The position numbers and the translations under genes are program-made. A model generated the notes under the pieces. That model made no database searches and was not told the origin of the DNA. It worked only from the letters and a program-made list of their open reading frames with translations. From Laetmonice hystrix (lineage: Eukaryota), in assembly GCA_965235115.1 (NCBI GenBank), contig OZ249447.1:13206001-13270000 (forward strand): DNA of 64,000 nucleotides, read 5' to 3'. This document shows positions 40,059 to 51,319 of the stretch, one piece after another. Every line of letters starts with the position of its first letter. The stretch's first letter is position 1.

Positions 40059-40163
40059 GAACTGATGAAGAAGCAAGACGTTGCACGGCACGCTCAGATG
40101 GAGGTGGATAAGATGCGGCGAGAGGCTGGCACAGAGGCTCTGCAGGCTATGATAGAAAGCAAG
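40059..40163 (+). CDS. ERC1: ERC/ELKS coding exon B (35 codons, ELMKKQ...EALQAMIESK), phase 0-0
   Basis: Acceptor catttcag|GAA and donor AAG|gtgggt. ALQAMIESK resembles vertebrate ALQTVIEMK (recalled). Confidence 0.9.
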
Positions 40164-41871
40164 GTGGGTCGGCACTGGGGTCCTGCAGGTCATGATAGAA
40201 AGCAAGGTGGGTCGGCACTGGGGTCCTGCAGGTCATGATAGAAAGCAAGGTGGGTCGGCACTGGGGTCCTGCAGGCTGTGATAGAAAGCAAGGTGGATTG
40301 GGACTGGGGTCCTGCAGGCCGTGATAGAAAGCAAGGTGGGTCGGCACTGGGGTCCTGCAGGTCATGATAGAAAGCAAGGTGGGTCGGGACTGGGGTCCTG
40401 CAGGCTATGATAGAAAGCAAGGTGGGTCGGCACTGGGGTCCTGCAGGTCATGATAGAAAGCAAGGTGGGTCGGGACTGGGGTCCTGCAGGCTATGATAGA
40501 AAGCAAGGTGGGTCGGCACTGGGGTCCTGCAGGTCATGATAGAAAGCAAGGTGGGTCGGCACTGGGGTCCTGCAGGTCATGAAGCAAGGTGGGTCGGCAC
40601 TGGGGTCCTGCAGGTCGTGATAGAAAGCAAGGTGGGTCGGCACTGGGGTCCTGCAGGTCGTGATAGAAAGCAAGGTGGGTCGGCACTGGGGTCCTGCAGG
40701 CCGTGATAGAAAGCAAGGTGGGTCGGCACTGGGGTCCTGCAGGCCGTGATAGAAAGCAAGGTGGGTCGGGACTGGGGTCCTGCAGGTCATGAAGCAAGGT
40801 GGGTCGGCACTGGGGTCCTGAAGGTCATGATAGAAAGCAAGGTGGATTGGGACTGGGGTCCTGCAGGCCGTGATAGAAAGCAAGGTGGGTCGGCACTGGG
40901 GTCCTGCAGGTCGTGATAGAAAGCAAGGTGGGTCGGCACTGGGGTCCTGCAGGTCATGATAGAAAGCAAGGTAGGTCGGCACTGGGGTCCTGCAGCTAGG
41001 TCATGATAGAAAGCAAGGTGGGTCGGCACTGGGGTCCTGCAGGTCATGATAGAAAGCAAGGTGGGTCGGCACTGGGGTCCTGCAGGTCGTGATAGAAAGC
41101 AAGGTGGGTCGGCACTGGGGTCCTGCAGGTCATGATAGAAAGCAAGGTAGGTCGACACTGGGGTCCTGCAGCTAGGTCATGATAGAAAGCAAGGTGGGTC
41201 GGCACTGGGGTCCTGCAGGTCATGATAGAAAGCAAGGTGGGTCGGCACTGGGGTCCTGCAGGTCATGATAGAAAGCAAGGTAGGTCGACACTGGGGTCCT
41301 GCAGGTCATGAAGCAAGGTGGGTAGGCACTGGGGTCCTGCAGGTCATGATAGAAAGCAAGGTGGGTCGGCACTGGGGTCCTGCAGGTAATGATAGAAAGC
41401 AAGGTAGGTCGGCACTGGGGTCCTGCAGGTAATGATAGAAAGCAAGGTAGGTCGGCACTGGGGTCCTGCAGGTCATGATAGAAAGCAAGGTGGATCGGGA
41501 CTGGGGTCCTGCAGGCTGTGATAGAAAGCAAGGTGGGTCGGGACTGGGGTCCTGCAGGTCATGATAGAAAGCAAGGTGGGTAGGCACTGGGGTCCTGCAG
41601 GTCATGATAGAAAGCAAGGTGGGTCGGCACTGGGGTCTTGCAGGTCATGATAGAAAGCAAGGTAGGTCGGCACTGGGGTCCTGCAGGCTGTGATAGAAAG
41701 CAAGGTGGGTCGGCACTGGGGTCCTGCAGGTCATGAAGCAAGGTGGGTCGGCACTGGGGTCCTGCAGGTCGTGATAGAAAGCAAGGTGGGTCGGCACTGG
41801 GGTCCTGCAGGTCGTGATAGAAAGCAAGGTGGGTCGGCACTGGGGTCCTGCAGGCCGTGATAAAAGGCAAG
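40140..41871. repeat. 43-bp minisatellite, about 40 copies, derived from the exon B/intron junction
   Basis: Unit ctgcaggtcatgatagaaagcaag|gtgggtcggcactggggtc. The first copy is the genuine exon end and donor. 38-bp and 47-bp length variants recur. Confidence 0.97.
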
Positions 41872-41966
41872 ATCAACATCAGCCAGCCAGACGAAAAAAA
41901 AGCGGAATCTTGTTTTACTCAAACCTCCCAAAGTGAGCTAACGTTCTCTTATTTACTCTTCAACAG

Positions 41967-42122
41967 GACATGCACGTGAACTCTCTGGAGATGGAGGTGA
42001 AGCTGCTGGAGGACGAGTTGCTCCGGTTACGGGAGGAAGGAACCATCAACGGTCATGATGCCCGAAACGGAAACCTGGAAACGGAAACCCTGAGGAGTCA
42101 GGAGAAACTTCTCAAGGCCAAG
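41967..42122 (+). CDS. ERC1: ERC/ELKS coding exon C (52 codons, DMHVNSLE...EKLLKAK), phase 0-0
   Basis: Acceptor ctcttcaacag|GAC and donor AAG|gtgagt; in frame with both neighbours. Confidence 0.9.
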
Positions 42123-42576
42123 GTGAGTGGTGTTCACAGTAAGTGGTCCAGAGATCTCGAACCTAACCTCCGATTTCTTTCAGACCTCCGTCTGTTGAGG
42201 AATAGGACCCTATAGAATCGATCGCAGCCCTCTTACCCCCAAGGTCAGATTGACTTGCTGGACAATTCGGACAATTCAGCCAGGACAACTAGACAACCGC
42301 ATGAGTGTGCGCCACATTGACCAGCAGTTAGCTGTGGACTGACCGGGGTAGAGTCGAACAAAGTGGAATCCAATCTCTGGGCCCCTGCGGCCCAGTGTGA
42401 GACGGGCATAAAGAAACGTAGATAAGAGAGAAGAAATATAAGATAGCGACTCGGATGTTCCTTGTGTAGTAACCCTGCATGTATTTCTAGGATCCGGTCG
42501 TATCGGTTCAAACACCACCTGCGGTTGGGAGACTCCCCCTTCCCGAATTCTCCTAACAAGCAATGCTTTGTTTCAG

Positions 42577-42744
42577 ATTGAGAACTTGAAGGCCGAACTG
42601 GGCCGTAAAGACACGGAGCTGTGCGGATTGCGTGCCCAGGTGGAATCGTTACAACGGCAGGGTTCGGACCACCAACAACACATCATGGTACTCCGTGAAC
42701 AGATCACAGCCAAGGATCAGCAGGCCAGCATGATCCAGGCAGAT
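42577..42744 (+). CDS. ERC1: ERC/ELKS coding exon D (56 codons, IENLKAELGRKDTEL...SMIQAD), phase 0-0
   Basis: Acceptor tttgtttcag|ATT and donor GAT|gtcagt. Contains the ELGRKDTEL and HIMVLREQITAKDQ motifs. Confidence 0.92.
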
Positions 42745-42817
42745 GTCAGTATACTCGCCTTTCTACCACTCTTCTTGGACTTTTCACCACCGAAAGAGAA
42801 TTTTGTGCAATTGCCCA

Positions 42818-42969
42818 TGCGACGTCCATGCGATTTTTGATTTAATGGGGAATTTTACTCTGTAATTTTTCATGGCTGGCCTTCCCTGTTTCTAGAAATG
42901 AGTTCCATCCTTTAATCTCAAAATCACAGTAAAATAAAAGGGCGATGTCAAAATCGCATGGACGTCGCA
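42818..42969. mobile_element. Small MITE-like foldback element
   Basis: Perfect 20-bp inverted repeat tgcgacgtccatgcgatttt / aaaatcgcatggacgtcgca, with further imperfect internal symmetry. No TSD recognised. Confidence 0.55.
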
Positions 42970-43723
42970 AGAACAGTCGCCTTAATTGAAACAGTCCTTA
43001 AGTCGCCTCTGGACTTGAGGGTGAATCTTGTGTAAGTCAGCAATCACTCACACTTGTCAATCAGTCAACCAGTCAGTAAGGCAGATAATCATGCGAAATA
43101 TACAGCGATAAAATCAATACTGAGCAAGGAAGACAATTTGGGTAAAAGGGAGGCTATGTGTTTGTTCTGTCGGGTTTGAGATGGGCATCAGGTCCCAGGG
43201 GGAATTTAAGGGATACCGCCTCGGGTAGCGACCTGATGTTGCCATAGATACGGACGCTGCATGGATACCGATTGTGGTTGCCAGTCTGGAAGGGGGCCCG
43301 CACTCTGACAGATGGCGCATCTGTTGACAGGCCCGCAGCTGGCAAGGCCTCACTGTACTGAGAAATCCTGGAAAAGGGCACTCGATTTTTTTTTCAAACT
43401 TAGGAGTTCGGTGAGGAGGGGCAGGGAGGATACATCAGCCGGTGGTAGACGGCTAACTGAGGACATGGACAGGCGAGGAGTAGTTACAGGCCTTGTACGG
43501 GGTCTGGTAATGCAATCAAAGTGGCTATCTCATTGGTTTAGGTCGAGGACAGCATGGTGAGCGGCTGCTGCTAGGTGGGGGAGGCACTGATAGGCACTGA
43601 GCTGGCCACAAATAGCACTAGCTTCTGCCATGAAAAGAAAGGAGAAAGGCTTTAACCGTCAGCGACGACGGCAGTCTGAAAGTGAGGATCGAACGTCTCG
43701 GCCCCAGTGAGTGCGTGTTCCAG

Positions 43724-43737
43724 CCACTAGATGGCGC
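43724..43737 (+). promoter_or_regulatory. CTCF-like motif CCACTAGATGGCGC
   Basis: Matches the CCASYAGRKGGCRS consensus and lies in a CpG-rich intronic patch. Confidence 0.4.
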
Positions 43738-44287
43738 GCGCCGCAACAAACGCTGATGTACGTCTGATGCGATCTGTGGCACACGTGCTGAAACGTGAGG
43801 GGTAATTACACGTGATTAACAGGCCAAGAACAAATTAATCCCGTTGTTTGGTGATTACCGACGTCCTGGCGGCAAACGCTGCCGAACTGGATGTGTAATG
43901 GGTTGTTGTAGAATGTGATTACACAGACGGAATATTTTCTTCACGTCTCGAGTTGACAGACAGCTGCCGTAGTTGGCGCGGACGGGGTGGGATGATTGTG
44001 TCATGGCTACTTGTATGGATTCACCGTTAGACCACAGCGATATCCAGGCAGATCGCTATAATCGTCAAGATGTCACTGGAATCCATTGTTATGTTGACTC
44101 TGGTTTTGATGATAAAAGAAACATTAACTATAATATGAAAATATTACGTCAAATCAGACAAATCTGTTGTCGGTATTTTTCTAAAGGCGGTACATTAAAA
44201 CGACCAACGACTATAGTACTGACTATAACTAAGGTGTCCCCTCGGAGTATTATTTTGGTCTGATGTTGTTTATATTTGTGTTACCAG

Positions 44288-44455
44288 TTGGACCTGATGC
44301 GAGACCGACTAGAAGAGAAGGATGGGGTGATTGAGAAGAAGGGTAAACAGATTCTCCACGTGCAGGGTGACAGGAAGAGGGTGGAGGGTGAGCTGGCGGA
44401 GGTACGGGACCACATGGACATCAAGGAGCGTAAAATCAACGTACTCATCAGGAAG
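44288..44455 (+). CDS. ERC1: ERC/ELKS coding exon E (56 codons, LDLMRDRLEEKD...KERKINVLIRK), phase 0-0
   Basis: Acceptor tgtgttaccag|TTG and donor AAG|gtctgt. Contains the RLEEK and DIKERKINVL motifs. Confidence 0.92.
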
Positions 44456-45408
44456 GTCTGTATCGTATATAGTCCTGATTTAATCATGACCTACATTTTT
44501 TTCCGTTTTTTTCTTTTTTTCGAATTGATATATCAACCCTAACGTTGTTCTTATGACAAAGAAGGAAACTCGTCTGTTGATTTAACGTTTTTAGAGCGAG
44601 CATTTCTCAGTCGGTATTATAGTTATCAAAACCGAATCTGTCAATGCCAGCATTCTCGTAATGTAAATTGAGCCTGCAGTTAGTGAGTTCTTAAATGAGT
44701 GCTATTGACACTTCATCATTTGAAATTTTAATTTAATTATTACGCGTGTGACATAAGAACAGTCCAGTTAACCACAGAGGCCGTAAAATCGGAACAGAAG
44801 GCAGTGACAAACGTGGGAAACGTGGGAGGGTCTGTCACCTTGACCTAATTATAAACCTATTATTTGTTAGCCAAGGGCGTACAAATACAAAGCCCGCTGC
44901 AGGAGAGAGGGAGAGAGAGGTAAAAAGTGCTTCATCAATTGATGAGTCTAGTGCTGCCATTATGAAACTAATTACTGAGATCCGCGCAGAGACTGCCCGA
45001 AGCGGTCTCATGACAAACTGAACCTGTATCAAGGATGATAAGGCTCCGGCATCAGTTCAGACGGTGGAGTTTTTATTCTCCAGATCTACGGGCCTCAAGC
45101 TAGGAGAGAAAGTCTGTGATGACATGTAGCTCGTTCGTCTGTCAACAAAACTGAGTGACTTTTCCTGAGATGCGGGATATTACTTTCTATTGTCAATATC
45201 TGGGGCAGCTTGTCCCTCATGGTGGATGCTTTTAGTTTGGTTTCAGTGAGGAACCCCAAAAATCAACATGGATTTAAAGGGTCTGATAACTATCTCAGAT
45301 CAATTCGATAAAAGTCAAATATCGAGTGGACCCAAAAAAACTCTTTTCTTGACTGTAACTTCTACAATTTCTATCCCAATGTCATAATATTTGGAATTTC
45401 ATTTTTAG

Positions 45409-45563
45409 ATTGAGAATTTGGAGGAGTTAGTACGAGACAAGGAAACCCAGGTATCAGCAATGAAACAACGACTTAATTCAATCCATGCCGATCATAATTC
45501 CTCGGATTCTACAGTTACCGCGCTCGAGGATGCACTCAACGACAAGGAAAAACAGATTGAGAG
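45409..45563 (+). CDS. ERC1: ERC/ELKS coding exon F (155 nt, IENLEELVRDKE...LEDALNDKEKQIE[R]), phase 0-2
   Basis: Absent from the ORF track because it has no start codon; read by hand. Acceptor catttttag|ATT and donor AG|gtaaaa. Confidence 0.92.
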
Positions 45564-45722
45564 GTAAAATATTTGGAGTTAAATGATTTACATATCATTG
45601 CGGCAGAACACCGACCCTGTGCCGATATACGATAAGGTTATTATGAACCCAGAATGGACCTGAAAGGTCAACCCCAGTTATTATAAACCTGTTACTTACT
45701 ATGTGAACCATTCCTGCCCCAG

Positions 45723-45846
45723 ACTGAAGGACCAGCGGGACCGGGTGGAGCGGGAGCACTCGGAGGAGATGGAGCTCCTCCAGCGAGCTAACAAGGAACA
45801 CAAGGCCAAGATTGACAGTCTTTGTACCGAGCTGGACGAGAAACAG
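45723..45846 (+). CDS. ERC1: ERC/ELKS coding exon G (124 nt, [R]LKDQRDRVERE...ELDEKQ), phase 2-0
   Basis: Acceptor ttcctgccccag|A completes the AGA codon from exon F; donor CAG|gtgaga. Confidence 0.92.
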
Positions 45847-46039
45847 GTGAGAACTCCGGAAAACGTTGTGTACAGGTTGTACCTCTGATGTAAGCTGAAT
45901 TGATGAGGCCCAGTGTGTTCCTGTCACTGGGTGTCCTAGGCCTGGGTCACAAGCAAAGTCAATTTTAATTAACTTGGAGTCAATTTTACTTGGGTCTTAT
46001 TGGTTAAAGTGGATCGCAAGTTAATTAAATTGGACTTTG

Positions 46040-47043
46040 CTTGTGAACCGGGCCCTGGACCTGGAGTACTTGTTCAAGGGAACTTCTTCTGTGCATTGAT
46101 GGGTCCTCGTGGTTCATGTCCCATTGTGAGGACCTCTTGGTGTCCTGGACCTGGGATACTTGTGTAAGGGAACCTGTTATGTGAATTGATGAGTCCTCAT
46201 GGTTCATGTCCCATTGAGAGGACCTCTTGGTGTCCTGGACCTGGGATACTTGTGTAAGGGAACCTGTTATGTGAATTGAGTCCTCATGGTTCATGTCTCA
46301 TTGTGAGGACCTCTTGGTGTCCTGGACCTGGGATACTTGTGTAAGGGAACCTGTTATGTGAATTGATGAGTCCTCGTGGTTCATGTCCCATTGTGAGGAC
46401 CCCTTGGTGTCCTGGACCTGGAATACTTGTGTAAGGGAACCTGTTATGTGAATTGATGAGTCCTCATGGTTCATGTCCCATTGTGAGGACCTCTTGGTGT
46501 CCTGGACCTGGGATACTTGTGTAAGGGAACCTGTTATGTGAATTGAGTCCTCATGGTTCATGTCTCATTGTGAGGACCTCTTGGTGTCCTGGACCTGGGA
46601 TACTTGTGTAAGGGAACCTGTTATGTGAATTGAGTCCTCATGGTTCATGTCCCATTGTGAGGACCTCTTGGTGTCCTGGACCTGGGATACTTGTGTAAGG
46701 GAACCTGTTATGTTAATTGATGAGTCCTCATGGTTCATGTCCCATTGAGAGGACCCCTTGGTGTCCTGGACCTGGGATACTTGTGTAAGGGAACCTGTTA
46801 TGTGAATTGAGTCCTCATGGTTCATGTCCCATTGTGAGGACCCCTTGGTGTCCTGGACCTGGGATACTTGTGTAAGGGAACCTGTTATGTGAATTGATGA
46901 GTCCTCGTGGTTCATGTCCCATTGTGAGGACCTCTTGGTGTCCTGGACCTGGGATACTTGTGTAAGGGAACCTGTTATGTGAATTGATGAGTCCTCATGG
47001 TTCATGTCCCATTGTGAGGACCTCTTGGTGTCCTGGACCTGGG
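46040..47043. repeat. 90/87-bp minisatellite, about 11 copies
   Basis: Unit gaggacctcttggtgtcctggacctgggatacttgtgtaagggaacctgttatgtgaatt(gat)gagtcctcatggttcatgtcccattgt. Confidence 0.96.
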
Positions 47044-47120
47044 ATTGCGAACCTCTTGATCTGAACTGAGGTGGTTTCATGCCACATTGCACTGACTTGT
47101 GGCGTTGTGAACGTTTACAG

Positions 47121-47261
47121 AACAGTGTGTTAGAGATGCGAGAGGAAGCATCCGAGATGCGAGCGGAGAAGATGCGGCGAGACACACGGATCAGTCAACT
47201 GGAGCTCGCCATGTCTCAGAAATCAGCAGATATCCAGCAGCTTTCAGACCAGATCAAAAAG
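47121..47261 (+). CDS. ERC1: ERC/ELKS coding exon H (47 codons, NSVLEMREEAS...SDQIKK), phase 0-0
   Basis: Acceptor acgtttacag|AAC and donor AAG|gtaaag. Confidence 0.9.
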
Positions 47262-47478
47262 GTAAAGTCAGAGTACTTAATCGTTTGGCCTAAACAAATC
47301 ATAACCAGAAGACATGTTAGTAAGAAACTTGCACTATATGTGGTAACTAATACTTAACTATTACTGAGTGGATATTGCATGAGGAAATAAGATCAAGATG
47401 GTGTTATGCCGTAATAATATGTCCAAATTACAGGAAGAACATGTACAACATAACACCATCGAGACTTTTTATTAACAG

Positions 47479-47678
47479 TTGGAGGATGAAAAGGCAGTCG
47501 TCCTCAGCCGGAGTTCGCAGGAGACAGAAGCTCGCACGGCTGATCTAGAGAATGAATTGAGGACTCACAAGGAGGCGACTGCCAAGACCCAGACTGAGGT
47601 GGACCGACTCTTGGAGATACTGCAGCAGATGGAAGTAGAAAAACATGAGAAGGATAGACAGATCAAGGAACTGCAGGA
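47479..47678 (+). CDS. ERC1: ERC/ELKS coding exon I (200 nt, LEDEKAVV...TQTEVDRLLEILQQMEVEKHEKDRQIKELQ[E]), phase 0-2
   Basis: Acceptor ttattaacag|TTG and donor GA|gtaagt. Contains the EVDRLLEIL motif. Confidence 0.93.
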
Positions 47679-47831
47679 GTAAGTGGGGTCACGTCAGAGA
47701 TATCAAATAGAATTTTATTTTAATTGCTACTAATTTTTGTTCTCAATTTTTCTAACCAAACTTTACTACCTTTAGAATGTACTTGCCCGGTTTGCCGTCC
47801 TAATCGGCGGTCTGTGATTGGTGGTGTACAG

Positions 47832-47967
47832 ACAGGTGAAGGAGAGCAAGACAAAGGCCGGGTCACTGCGCAGGAGTCAGCAGACGGAGAAGAAGAAAAG
47901 TGCACAGATGTTAGAGGAAGCGAGGAAGCGAGAGGAGGAGGTTAGCGAGGACATCTCTCAGCTTAAG
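47832..47967 (+). CDS. ERC1: ERC/ELKS coding exon J (136 nt, [E]QVKESKTK...EKKKSAQMLEEARKREEEVSEDISQLK), phase 2-0
   Basis: Acceptor gtgtacag|A (weak pyrimidine tract) completes GAA; donor AAG|gtaagg. Confidence 0.92.
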
Positions 47968-48858
47968 GTAAGGCCACAACAAATTGTCACTGGGACCGTG
48001 CAGTTTTCACATCCATGCAGTTTGAAGTGTCTCTGCCACCACTGGCTCACGGGAATGAAATTAGGCCAGGACATTGGTAGTAAATGTTGGTGAAATTCGA
48101 TTTCATTGATTTTTTTTTTTTTTTTTTCAAAATTTAGAATGTTCCTATGTATAATGGTAACCATCGTTGACCTCAGAATGTAGAAGACGGCCATCAAGTT
48201 GCTGGCCTGAAAGCTCTTGTAACGACACCAAGTATTCACACACACCCTCGGTATGGGGGTAGTCTGATGTTGTGTTTTTACGTACTGGTGCTGTCTTTTG
48301 TTGGTGAAATGTTGTACCAGTATCTCCGGATCTCCATGAAAGTAAAAATGAATACTGCGATTGACATATTAGGTGTCAGTTTTCCGGTTATATTTCATGT
48401 TTCCCTTAAAACGGATGATGCTTTTTTTAAGATATACTTAACATACAGGAAATTCAAGGCGAAACGTCAAATATTAAAGATATCCTCTGAGAGCCATATA
48501 AGCTCATAATAAAAGAGTTTTTCCATTTTTGGAAAAATATAAAGGAAATTATAGGACTTTGTGCACACCCCCTTTTTTCTACTATTTTGTTTAACCTGCG
48601 GTTAGTTTCACCACAAATTACCTGAAGATGAATGCAGTAGATTGACAAACAGTTCCCGATTCTGTTCAAAAGGCGCCATTGTATTGGTCCCGTGATTTGT
48701 TAATAACCAAATTTGAGCACTGTGCAGCATGCGCATGTGTCAGTGCTGGCTTTATCCTGGAGGGGGCGCTGTAGTGGCCGGTGTATGCTGTGTGTGTGGA
48801 CTGCGCACTGATTGGGTTGTTTCTCCACTGTTGTGCCATTTGTTGCTAACACCCCCAG

Positions 48859-48897
48859 GACCGGAGAGGGCACATTGATGGAGCAAACAATCTATGG
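48859..48897 (+). CDS. Candidate 39-nt in-frame cassette exon (DRRGHIDGANNLW) between exons J and K
   Basis: Branch-like GCTAAC followed by acccccag acceptor, 13 open codons, and donor TGG|gtaatt. Phase 0-0 matches the flanking exons. No homology support. Confidence 0.45.
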
Positions 48898-49902
48898 GTA
48901 ATTCACGCCTTCATTGCCGCTGAATGCCAAAATATGTGTCTGCAAGCTTGTTACTTGTTACATCACTTATGTATGGTCACTCATCACGCAAACACCCCCC
49001 CCCCTCCCCCAACCCTCCTTTCGTCTCCCTCCCTCCCCTTAGCTTATATCAGATATTTACTGTATCTTATGTCAGCAGAATAGGAGTTAGCTCACATTTC
49101 AAATCTTATTCTAGTATTTCCAGTCAAGATCTACAATGTAGTTATATACCATGACTCACCCGTATTCTACAGTGCCTTTTTACCCCGCCCAATCTTCCAT
49201 ATTGTTCTAAAGATCTGTCAAGCCTGTCGTAGGCCTACACCGTACACGTGGCTAGGGGTGGTCGTAGTGAGCTCAGTGTACATATATATGTCAAGATTTC
49301 AGCAGGCACCAATGTGTCCAGTACTTGATATAACACTGAACCGCTTGACCTAGCAACATCACTGACTCCAGCCCCACCGGGAGATCATCCATAGAAACTA
49401 CTAGAGCCATACCCCACAACCCTGCCCATCCTTCGTCCTGCTTCTATCCCTCATGTCTACAGGTAGATTTAGCAGGGATTGTATGGTTGAGATGTATCCC
49501 CTCCTTCCGTATCTGGTGGCATGGTGTCTGTCACAGTCAGTCGGAACTCCTTGGCCTTTTCCGCCCGTTTCCGTCATCTTAGAAATAACCTTAAATAACG
49601 TCCAAGTACCTACTTTCGTTATTTATACCGATTTAAGATTTAATCAATTCGTCGTTTGCATCGGTCTCGTCATCATGCTTTGCAAACTGACTTCCGACGC
49701 GAAAGGAACTGCTGACAATAATAAATTTATTAATCAAATTTATTCTGAAAACTCCGTACGTGCTAGGTTATTTCTGATGGAAATTGGTGTGTGGAGTTAC
49801 GAACATGTCACACAATGTGTATCGTTAGTAGACTCATAGCTCACGTCCACAGAAAATGGCATCGCACTAAATGAAACTATCATTTGACGTCTCCACATAG
49901 CA

Positions 49903-50216
49903 CTTGATGTGAACGATATGAAAGATGTAATCTAGAACTTGATGTGAACGATCTGAAAGATGTAATCTGGAACTTGATGTGAACGATATGAAAGATGTAA
50001 TCTGGAACTTGATGTGAACGATATAAAAGATGTAATCTGGAACTTGATGTGAACGATATGAAAGATGTAATCTGGAACTTGATGTGAACGATATGACAGA
50101 TGTAATCTGGAACTTGATGTGAACGATATAAAAGATGTAATCTGGAACTTGATGTGAACGATATGAAAGATGTAATCTGGAACTTGATGTGAACGATATG
50201 AAAGATGTAATCAGGA
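49903..50216. repeat. 35-bp minisatellite, about 9 copies
   Basis: Unit gaacttgatgtgaacgatatgaaagatgtaatctg. Confidence 0.95.
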
Positions 50217-51319
50217 AGACAGCGGCATGGTAGCTTGCAGTCAGTAGCGGTGTAGACAGAGCAGCGCTCACCTTTTGTACCTAGAGATTTTCCTCTATAG
50301 GCCTACGAACGTGTACCTACATATTTTTTTATTAACGAATACTCCCATACATCCTTAGATCTATTCTGTTTGGAAAGCATTGCCTCAGCCCCACAATTAA
50401 AATCTTTTTGTTTTAGTTTTTTATGCTTTATAGGCCTATATCTATAATCATGGTTTAACTTTTGTATTTATTTTTGTTTTTAATAAAAATAGAAGGTATT
50501 GTTTTTACATGCCTGTGTTCTGTAGAAATGGATTGTCTGTCACGTTATAATATTGAAACCAGTTAACTGATATTTACCAGATTTGGGATGTATTATTTTT
50601 TTAAGGACGGATCTTTGATACATTTTTTCGATGTCTTGAGATATCTTTGAGCATTACTTGGGCTTCATGAACTGTGTTTAACGTGTTATGAGACATGTTA
50701 TGAAATTAGAAAGAATTAGGCCTAAAGGCAATTAAATACGTAGCCGGTAATGGTAAAGTAATTATGTCGTATGTTTCCAGTATTCAGGACTATGCTTACC
50801 GATCCAGATCTCGTTTGAGTCAGCGGTAACGACTATAAATAGAAATACCCAAAAAGGGAAATATCGGCAGAGCTGGAACGAATTCGAATTCCATGCTCAC
50901 CAGAGGGGCTGGTTGCGTGTTTGGCCGCAAGGTGTCGCATGAGTTGTGTTGGCTGCTGTAGAGTCGCCGTCAACGTTCCACTAACCCCTCTATCCCCGCT
51001 CTGTATCGACGGGTGTCTATGGTTTGGTGCACATGGACTAACGTTATGTTGCTGTCTGACTAACAATGCCTTTCTTATGTTAGCATTCGCTCATTGGTAT
51101 GTGGATCGCAAAAAGTCGTCGGTGTATTGACCTGGTTTTGTTTTTTGTCTTTTTCTTTCCCCTTACTCTAACTTCTGGTTCAACCAACTTTTTTGGGTTG
51201 GTTGGTTGTGTTCGCTCCCCTCTTTACTTGCCTTGGTTGGTCACCCTTTGCGTTTCTTAGCACCGTTTTGGTTTTCCGTTTTGAGTTGATCGTTTTGTTG
51301 ATTTTTCTATGATTTTTAG

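Noticed and set aside
46025-47185. Near-continuous antisense frame of about 385 codons (30-aa repeat) with two TGA codons at Trp positions, suggesting readthrough or a nested gene
   Set aside because: The 90/87-bp unit keeps the frame automatically, the 3-bp indel is a slip in tgatga, and the TGA codons are single substitutions shared between copies. There is no promoter or homology support.
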